Source: Eledone cirrhosa
Lineage: Eukaryota
Direction of reading: 5' to 3'
Length of the DNA stretch: 64,000 bases
Assembly (NCBI GenBank): GCA_964016885.1
Contig: OZ024740.1
Coordinates: 99,572,001 to 99,636,000, forward strand
Part shown: positions 55,621-64,000 of the stretch, piece by piece
How positions within the stretch are numbered: the first letter of the stretch is position 1
Layout of the letters: each line of letters starts with the position of its first letter
Translations under genes and position numbers: made by a program
Notes under the pieces: model-generated
Seen by the model: the letters and a program-made list of their open reading frames with translations, nothing else
What the model was told of the DNA's origin: nothing
The model's database searches: none

Positions 55621-55649
55621 AATTCTAACTCTTACTCTATTTATTATCA

Positions 55650-55845
55650 GACACCATGCTTTTCAGCATAGAGTTACGGCCCTTTACGTTCTGAGTTCAA
55701 ATCCTACCAAGGTTAGCTTTGCCTTTCATCCTTACGATGTAAATAAAATAAAGCACCAGTAATGCATTGGGGTCAATTTAATCGACTTTCCTCTTCCCAT
55801 CAAATTGCTGGCCTTGTGCTTAAAGTAGAAACAATTATTATTATT
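55650..55845 (+). mobile_element. SINE family A
   Basis: Homologous to 48465-48649; ends GTAGAAACAATTATTATTATT. Confidence 0.82.
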
Positions 55846-56176
55846 CTGTTTCATTAAACTGCAGCAATGCAACAACGTTGAAACACATTCTTCAAGGATT
55901 TAGTTTAGTCAATCTAGTTTATCAATTTCATATCATAAATCCAGGACCGTTTTGTTGAGCACAACATTTTATACCAATATATACATAGATACAGACATAT
56001 ACTCACATGTTCACACAAAACAAAACAGTCACACACACAAAGATATATTCATCATCATCATATATATATATATGTGTGTGTGTGTAAGTATTTCCGTAGA
56101 AAAGGCAAAGGAAAGAAGAGTGCTGTATGTATAGTACAGAGCCATATAATTATGTAATAAACAACACAATATAAGT

Positions 56177-56248
56177 ATTCCATTACCCAAGGTTTCGCGA
56201 TGTTAGACGATTCTAACAGAAACGTCTGTATCGTTCATCAGATGAAAA
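56177..56248 (-). ncRNA. Type I hammerhead ribozyme (same family as 49154-49228)
   Basis: rc: TTTCAT CTGATGA ACGATACAGACG...CGTCTAACATCGC GAAA CCTTGG GTA ATGGAA; shares the flank TATGTAATAAACAACA. Confidence 0.75.
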
Positions 56249-56443
56249 ATATTTATGTATATAAGATATGAAATTAAAATCTATTACAAATGAAAGTGAG
56301 GCTGAATTAAAATAACGGAAAAAATACATGTATTCACAGAATCAGATATATAATCACATGAACACATACATAAAATTGAAGATAAAAATATACATACACA
56401 CGCATATATACAAAAATACATGCATACGCATGCACACATACAT

Positions 56444-56479
<36 letters not shown>

Positions 56480-56483
<4 letters not shown>

Positions 56484-58397
56484 TTGCCATCACTGACGCT
56501 GATAAGAAGATAGCTTGGAAGTGTCACTACGAAAGGCTACTAAATGAGGAGAATAATTGGGAGAAAGACAGTCTCCCCCACATCGATCCAATAGAGGGAC
56601 CAGCAGTGCAAGTTGAAGGTAGTGTAATAAATAAGGCGATTAAAGACAGGCAAGGCGAATGGGGTCGTTCCGAAGGACTGGCGTAGCAGCATAATCATTA
56701 ACTGCTACAAATGTAGTTCGGGTTTGTGTCAGGTAAAAGTACAACAGACGCTCATTTCATTGTACGACAACTACAGGAGAAGTACCTAGCTAAAAGTAAA
56801 CCCCTTTTGTTGACTTGGAGAAAGCCTTTGACAGAGTACACCGATCGATTATCTGGTGGGCTCTTAGAAAACTAGATGTTGATGAATGGCTTGTGAGAGC
56901 TATACAAGCCATGTATAAAGAAACAGTCAGCAAGGTTAGAATTAACAACGAATATAGTGAAGAGTTTAGCGTAAAAGTTGGTGTTCATCAGGGCTCCGTC
57001 CTGAGCCCACTACTATTTATTATTGCCCTTCAGTCTATAACAGAGGAGTTCAAGACCGGCTCCCCATGGGAACTACTATATGCAGAGGATCTAACGCTCA
57101 TAGCTGAATCAATGGCTGAACTAGAGAAGAAATTCCAAACATGGAAGCATGGCCTAGAATCAAAAGGCCTTAAAATTAACCTGTCTATGACTAAAGTTCT
57201 AGTTTTAGGAAGGAAAATAGGCCATTGGTCCCATCTAGGAAATGGCCATGCTCAGTGTGTAGGAAAGGAGTAGACCGAAACTCCATTTTATGTCCCAAAT
57301 GCAAAGTATGGGTGCATAAAAGATGTATTGGGATCACAGGTAAGCTAACTAAGAATATAGATTTTATATGTGGCCGGTGCTCAGGTGCAATAAGTAGCAG
57401 CAAGTGCCCACTAAATACTAGCTCATTCCATTGCACAGATGGTTCTATAGAAATAGTGGACAGCTTCCGTTACCTGGGTGACAAAATCAGCAGTGAGAGA
57501 GGGTGCTCTGAAAGTACAGTAGCTAGAGTCAGAACGGGATGGAAACAGTTCAGAGAGCTAATACAACTATTGGCCGCTAAAGGGTTCTCTCTAAAAATGA
57601 AAGGCAGGCTGTATGATGCCTGCAAACGAACAGCAATGTTACATGGCAGTGAGACTTGGGCATTGTGTGCAGAGGATATACGCAGACTGGAGAGGAACGA
57701 AGCTTGCATGCTCCGTTGGATGTGTAATAGTGATATACGTGAACGGCAAAGCATAAATGAACTAAGGGAGAAATTAGTAATAAGAGGAATCAGATGTTGT
57801 TTACTCGAGAAAAGACTACGTTGGTATGGTCACGTGATGCTCATGAAAGACGACAGCTGTATAAAAAAGTGCAGGGCGACAAAAATAGACGGTAACTACG
57901 GAGTAGACAGACCCAGAAAAACCTGGGAGGACTTGATAAATTCCGACCTCACACACTTACATCTCTCCAAGACAATGTCACTGGACCGAGATCTTTGGCG
58001 CTACACTGTAATACAGAAGACTCGCCTTGCCTAAGTACAAAGCGAAACCTACAGTCAGTAGGCACCTGTAACAAAAATACACCTCCGGTTCACCACCCCT
58101 TTCAATGTAAAGTTATCTTGGTACCACAACATCCAGCCCGAAACAAATGAGGTTGTGTAGGTGTCACGACAAAAAAACACACAGTCCACGCTGTAATGTG
58201 GCCGTGTAGTTAACACGGTAAAAACCTCCCAGTACACACTGTAAACGTGGTTGGTGTTGGGAAGAGCACCCAGCCGTAGAAAACCTGCCAGACAATCCTA
58301 TACGAACAAGACAACCAATCTTGCCTCAAGTGGGAAAATTCCCGTACAAACCCATGCAAGCGTGGAAGATGGACGTTAAACGATGATGATGATGATG
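56480..58397 (+). mobile_element. RTE-clade LINE, 5'-truncated and frameshifted, with PHD-like finger inside RT
   Basis: AWKCHYERLLN, EKAFDRV, GVHQGSVLSPLLF, LLYAEDL, CSVC..CPKC..VHKRC..CGRC, FRYLGD, RLRWYGHV; tail GGACGTTAAAC(GAT)n. Confidence 0.9.
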
Positions 58398-58679
58398 ATA
58401 TATATATACATATAGACATATGCACACATGTGTATAATTACCACTCACAGGTATATATATACACAAACATAAAATACGTAAATTTAGCAGACAGGCTTGG
58501 ATATATAAAATCAAATATAATAAATACACTTATATATATATACATATCCGCGTATATATAAATAGCAAATACTGAAATATATATATATATATATATATTT
58601 CAATTTAGTAGTCAATTACAATTATTAAGCTCTAAGAAAATACTTCTGAGCATTACATTGCAATTTAAAAAAATATTAT

Positions 58680-58818
58680 CAACCCTGCAGGGTGTCCAAC
58701 ATCCTCTTCCTCATTAAGTAAACTTGGTGAGGTTGCCGGTTTAGTCACCGACGAACTGACCATGCAACAGGTTGTACTGGGTTACATGTTAGCAGTCGCA
58801 CTCAAGAGTGACTCAACA
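58680..58818 (-). repeat. Interspersed repeat, probable RTE 5' UTR fragment
   Basis: Homologous to ~59690-59772, which precedes an endonuclease-like remnant (SVGVLL) on the minus strand. Confidence 0.45.
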
Positions 58819-58821
58819 CAT

Positions 58822-58926
<105 letters not shown>

Positions 58927-58927
58927 A

Positions 58928-59169
58928 ATTTTGAGTTTATGTTGGTTGTTCCTGAGAGAAATAACAACACTACCAGGAGCTGGACATATCGATGGATTGA
59001 CAGAGTAAAGTACACGTCAACAACATGTGTACTTGTCCTTCCCACACAAATTCAGACTGCCTGAAGAGGTCACAGCCAATGATGGCTGTCACCGAAATAT
59101 ATATAGCAGTATATCTATAATTTGTAATAAACGAAGCCAAATTTTACATATTTGACTTAATGACTTAAT

Positions 59170-59175
<6 letters not shown>
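58928..59175 (+). mobile_element. Second member of the 41-kb HHR mini-element family, inside (TA)n
   Basis: Starts with the same ATTTTGAGTTTATGTTGGTTGT terminus as 40944, then inverts into a diverged plus-strand copy of 41255-41457. Confidence 0.85.
59056..59110 (+). ncRNA. Type I hammerhead ribozyme
   Basis: ACTGC CTGAAGA GGTCACAGCCA-ATGA-TGGCTGTCACC GAAA TATATA TA GCAGT. Confidence 0.88.
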
Positions 59176-59224
<49 letters not shown>

Positions 59225-59225
<1 letters not shown>

Positions 59226-59775
59226 TGGCTGCCAACTCGTTTTCGAGGACGGCCACTACTTTATTTCCATGTAGGAGAACCCCTACCGATGCGCTGAACA
59301 AGTTTGACATTTTAGTCCAGCCAGCGACTTGAAAACTCTGGTACAAACACTACACTTGTGACAATTATTGACACATAGTGCTGGGCCCATGGTACCATGT
59401 GATGACAAGTGCAGAGAAATCTCCAGATATAAGGCAATGCCTGTGCCGTGAAGCTTTTATAGTGAGCAAAGGCACTGCACAAAGACAGTCCCACTCTCTT
59501 AACCAAGATGATATTTACCAAAAAGAACAAGTCAACATCATTGGATACCATCAGGGTTGCAGGTGTTATATCAGAGTTTTCCTTCTAGAATTCTGCCTTG
59601 ACAAAGGCTAAGAGGTCATCTCTCCCGGTGATTTTGGATGGCCATTGACTCTTAAGAGCTCCTTTGCCCTCTGACAGGTTTTGTTTTTAGTCCTGCAGGA
59701 TGTCCAAAGTCACCCTCCTCACCAAGAAACCTTGGTGGGGTTGCCAGTTTAGTCGCCAACGACCCGACCATGTAC
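59225..59775 (-). mobile_element. Probable decayed RTE 5' region
   Basis: Shares sequence with 58680-58765; weak AP-endonuclease-like remnant. Confidence 0.4.
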
Positions 59776-59842
59776 ACACACACATATATATATACATACA
59801 TATATCTATACACATATATACAATTACATATATACATACATA

Positions 59843-60235
59843 TGGAGGCACAAATCTTAGTGGTTAGAGCATTAGCCTTGCAATCGAAAGGTTGTGAGTT
59901 CAATTCTCAGACCAGGTGATGTGTTGTTTCCTTGAGCAAGACACTTTATTTCACAATGCTCCAGTTTACTCAGCTGTAGAAATGAGATGATAGGGACTGG
60001 GGTCCCTATCATTCCACTGCAAATTGGTCGTGGAGGTGCCATGGCAAAAAAGCACCCAGCCCACACTGTAAAGTGGACGTGTAGGCGCCACGGAAAAAAG
60101 GCACCCAGCACTCACTGTAAATGAGGTTGGTGTTAGGAAGGGCAACCAGCTGTAGAAATTAAGCCAGAATCAGTTCCCGTCCTACTCTTGCAAGCAGGGA
60201 AAGGCGGACGTAAAATGATGATGATGATGATGATA
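59843..60235 (+). mobile_element. Full-length SINE family B: tRNA head + core + RTE-derived tail
   Basis: Head TAGTGGTTAGAGCA..GAGTTCAATTCT, core CCTTGAGCAAGACACTTTATTTCAC, tail TTGGTGTTAGGAAGGGCA..GGACGTAAAA(TGA)n matching the local RTE 3' ends. Confidence 0.85.
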
Positions 60236-60325
60236 CATATACACATATATATAATTACATATATACATGCACATACATACGTACATACATACATGCATAC
60301 ATACATATAAGTAGATACACATATC

Positions 60326-62475
60326 CTCATCATCATTTTACGTCCGCTTTTCCTTGCTTGCAATGGTTGGACGGGTCCTATTCAGCACAACATCTCTCCC
60401 ACGTCACAGTACTTCGTCATCTCCACTGTGAGTTTCAGCGATCTGAGGTCTGCTCTCACCACCTCCACCCATGTTTTTTTGTGGTCTACTTCTACTGCGT
60501 CTTCTCTTCACTTGGACTTCCTGGCACTTCTTCACCCATCGGTCATCCTCTATGTGCATCACATGTCCATACCATCTCAGCCTTCTCTCCTGCACACCAC
60601 AGCTTATCCCTCTTATACCCAGTTTCTTTCTCAACTCGTCTATGCTTGGTCATTCACGCACATTGACATTGCACATCCAAAGGAGCATACTTGCTTCATT
60701 TCTCTCCAGCCAACGCATATCTTCTGCAGTTGCTGCCCATGTCTCACTAACATGCAGCATCGCGTATCTCACACAGGCATCATATAACCGTCCTTTTGTA
60801 TGCAGGGAGAAACCCTTCTTTGTCAACAGACGGAGCAGCTCCCTAAACTTCTTCCATCCCGTCCTTATCCTAGATACTATGGCCTCGGAACACCTCCTTC
60901 ACATGCTAATCTGACACCTGGGTACCAGAAGCTATCAACCACTTTTATATAACCCACCTGCATTGGAAAAATGAGTCTATCACTGCGATTACTACTGCCA
61001 ACTCTCCCCGTACATCTACTGCATACGTAGTTTTCCGTACCTGTTAGTTTGCCTACTATCCCACTACAACTCTTGTGTACCCAAGATCTGCATTGCGTAC
61101 ATTTTATGGAATTTATGTCAGTTCCTTTCCTACATATCGAACATGGCCCTTTCCCTGATGGAATCAGAGTATTGTCCTCTCTTCTACTTATCAATGTCTT
61201 TGTTTTAGCTATGTTCACTCTCAGGCCTGTTGCTTCTAACTGCTGTTTCCATAGCCAGAATTTATTCTCTAGCTCTTTTACTGATTCTGCTATAAAAACC
61301 AGATCATCAGCATAAAGAAGTTCCCATGGCCATCCAGTCTTAAACTCCTCCGTTATGGCTTGGAGGACTATAATGAACAAGAGTGGGCTGAGGACTGAAC
61401 CTTGATGTACACCTACTTGTATCTGGAATTCTTCACTAAACTCCATTCCTATTATCACTTTACTGACATCACCTCTCTACATAGCTTGCGCTGTCCTCAC
61501 AAGCCATTCCTCTACCTCTAGTTTCCTTAGGGACCACCAGATGACAGATCGGGGTACCCTATCAAAAGACTTCTCTAGGTCAACAAAAGCTAAGTACAGT
61601 GGCTTATTCTTCTTTAAGAACTTCTCTTGTAGTTGCCTCACTATGAAGAGGCTTCTGTTGTACTTTTCCGAGGCACAAAACCAAACTGCATCTCATCTAA
61701 ATTGACACTTTCTCTAATCAGTTGCGCTAATATTCTCTCTTCCACTTACATAACCTCATCCATCAGCTTTATGCCCCTATAATTTCACCTCCCTAGAGCA
61801 CCCCCTTTACCTTTGTAACAATTTATGAGAATACTGCTGCATCAGTCTTTGGGTATGACACCACCATATATAGCTTGATTAATGATGCGTGCAACTAGTT
61901 TAGCGCCTACTTCTCCTGAAGCCTTCAGCATCTCAGCAACTTTCCCCGACGGCCCAGCAGCCTTACCCTTCTTTATTTCCTTAATTGCCTCTTGTACACT
62001 ATATTCGTCAATCTCAATATCTGGTCCCTCTGTTGGGTCTACTGGGGGTAATTTCTCATAATGACATTTCCAGGCCTCCTTCTTTTGATCATTCGTGACA
62101 CTAAGTACACCGGCATCATTCCGGTCACACTTATCTCCAACAACATCCTGATTTTCACTGACACACTGCCTTGCAATGTGGAACACCGTACGTCTCTGAT
62201 CTTCCCGTCGCAGAACATTGGCAAACCTCCTACTCTCAGCCTCCCTGCGTGCTATGTACACTTGACATCTAGCTTTTCTCTTAGCGGCTGTGTATCCGTC
62301 TCTACTCCCACCCTTTTTCCAAGCTTTTCATGCCAGTCTTTTGTCTCTAATGGCCCTATCTATCGTGCTGTTCCACCACCAGATCACTTTCCGTCTGGTA
62401 GAAGCTCTGCCCAACCACAAGTTTCTTTAGTAGCATGCAGTAAGTTGTCACTCAAGAAACTCCAGTTATCATCTA
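60326..62475 (-). mobile_element. RTE-clade LINE, 5'-truncated and degenerate, with PHD-like finger
   Basis: AWKCHYEK, GKAAGPSG, GVHQGSVLSPLLF, LLYADDL, CSIC..CTQC..VHKSC..CSRC, RRLRWYGHV; (CAT)n tail. Confidence 0.9.
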
Positions 62476-62649
62476 TATAGACATATATATATTTATATAC
62501 ATATGTGTAATACACATAAAAACATACATTTACGTACAAAATATAAATATACACATGTAATGTCTCCCAAATAATAATAATTAAAAATGAGTTAAGGGGG
62601 CATACATATATATTCGTATATAAAGGGTTAAGTGGTAGAGGTAAATTAA

Positions 62650-63660
62650 CATAAAGAGAGGCACTATGTTTTTCTTATGGTTACTAAAAGCAATATCATC
62701 AGCCAAATTAGGGGTAGTAGAGAGAGAAATCTTAACATTATTTTTGTTAAATAATTCATAGTACTTATGGTTAAGAGGGAACTTTTTGCGTAAGATGGAG
62801 AAGAACATTTTAGTGAGATTAGAAGCTACATTATAGGAAAACGGAGGATAAAACCAAGATAGATTCCGAGATCTATTCTGGCATGGAGAATTAGCAGAAT
62901 TAGAAGGGTTTATAGGCATGTTTAGAGTATGTTTTAAGTTATTATGCATAGTAGTGCATGAATTCTTAGTATTACGGGAAGGAGTTCGGTTAAGGTGTCT
63001 ATTAGAACTCATCCCGAACTCATTGCTAAGAGTAGGTAGCAAACCATTATAAGAAGACCGGTTCTTTCTATTAGTGTTTTAAATCTATTATTACTAGAGA
63101 GACAATTCTGTGCAATTACATTATAATTACTTAATTTATGGGTGGATAGAAAAGCAGGTAGGTAATAAATCTTATCCTTAAGCCTGATTTAGAAAGAGCC
63201 TCATTATAGTACCATTTCGTTAAATATATTCTATGTGAAATAGACATTACAATAGATTTAAGAATAGAGGAGGGTGAGTGGAAAGACTATTAATATAAGT
63301 TAGGACCTCACATGGTTTATGATAAGGATCGTAGATTCCTGTATCAAGGTCTAAAGTAGCATCAATGAAATTAACAACCTTATGGTTAGGTTCATTTGTG
63401 ATAGAAAGACCAAAGCTTTTAAAACATTTATGCAAATGCTTCTTGAGAATATCGATTCAATGTGCGTAAAAGTTATCTACAGTAAATAGAGCATCGTCTC
63501 GGTATAAGCCTCCTTGCAGGAGGGTATATCCTCCTTTAGTTTGTTTAGGAGGTAAATTTCCACAAGGTCAGTAACTTGTGCAGAGTCACTTGACCCCATA
63601 GTGATGTCAAAGTTACCTGGTCTATTAGCCCTAGTCCAATAACAACCATTGAACTCTTAG
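62650..63660 (-). pseudogene. Older PLE copy (RT C-half and linker), related to the palindromic element
   Basis: YWTR..FDITMGSSDSAQVTDLV, GLYRDD, VVNFIDATLDLDTGIYDPYHKP, RNLSWFYPPFS..FPLNHKY; contains frameshifts. Confidence 0.88.
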
Positions 63661-63812
63661 ATAATACATTGTAAATTCTTAGCATTTATAATGTATTATC
63701 TTACTTGCATCTCTAATATGTGGACAAGTATTCTTCAAGTTTTAGATTTATTGTAGTCCCTATTTTCAGTGACATGCATTTTAGAATTTTTATGTTTATT
63801 TTTTTTCATTTC

Positions 63813-63946
63813 GGCTCCGATGAGGAGACTTTATCAAACTTTTACTTTTATTATCATTTACTATTATCGATTTTATAATCAATAATTCGATAATTATCAT
63901 CAGTATGTACAGAATACTGATATGGTTTCCGAAACAATTGTCAGCC
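63813..63946 (+). ncRNA. Type I hammerhead ribozyme with 107-nt branched stem II (U4C core variant)
   Basis: GGCT CCGATGA GGAGAC...GTTTCC GAAA CAATTG TC AGCC; palindromic stem III ACAATTGT; GUC site. Confidence 0.78.
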
Positions 63947-64000
63947 ATTAAATATATTTGTTTTCTCTAGCTTTTAATCCCCCTCTCTCTCTCTCTCTCT

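Noticed and set aside
58775-58818. HDV-like ribozyme at the putative RTE 5' end (hairpin followed by GCTAA on minus)
   Set aside because: Only a P4/J4-2-like part is visible; P1, P3 and P1.1 could not be assigned.

Overview
Eukaryotic, very AT-rich repeat DNA; the LINE/SINE repertoire suggests an octopod cephalopod (inference). Bases 1-43.3 kb are a polarised, irregular GT(TA)n satellite with a 200-N scaffold gap. Inserted in it are: a 5'-truncated CR1-type LINE; a 12.3-kb head-to-head palindrome of a young Penelope-like retroelement (PLE; RT + GIY-YIG, Naiad-like); an inverted array of five 469-bp hammerhead-ribozyme (HHR) repeats that looks like a non-LTR retrozyme; and a small fold-back HHR element. 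Bases 43.3-64 kb are complex DNA with decayed RTE LINEs, tRNA-derived SINEs, two older PLE fragments, more HHRs and a probable host promoter region (51.7-53.2 kb). I found 13 clear type-I HHR motifs from about five families by eye, plus one decayed candidate. The main signal is a PLE/retrozyme system: autonomous and non-autonomous HHR elements share one insertion architecture, with two copies joined 5'-to-5' and both 3' ends running into (TA)n. Almost all ORFs in the supplied track are microsatellite artefacts. No host CDS could be supported.
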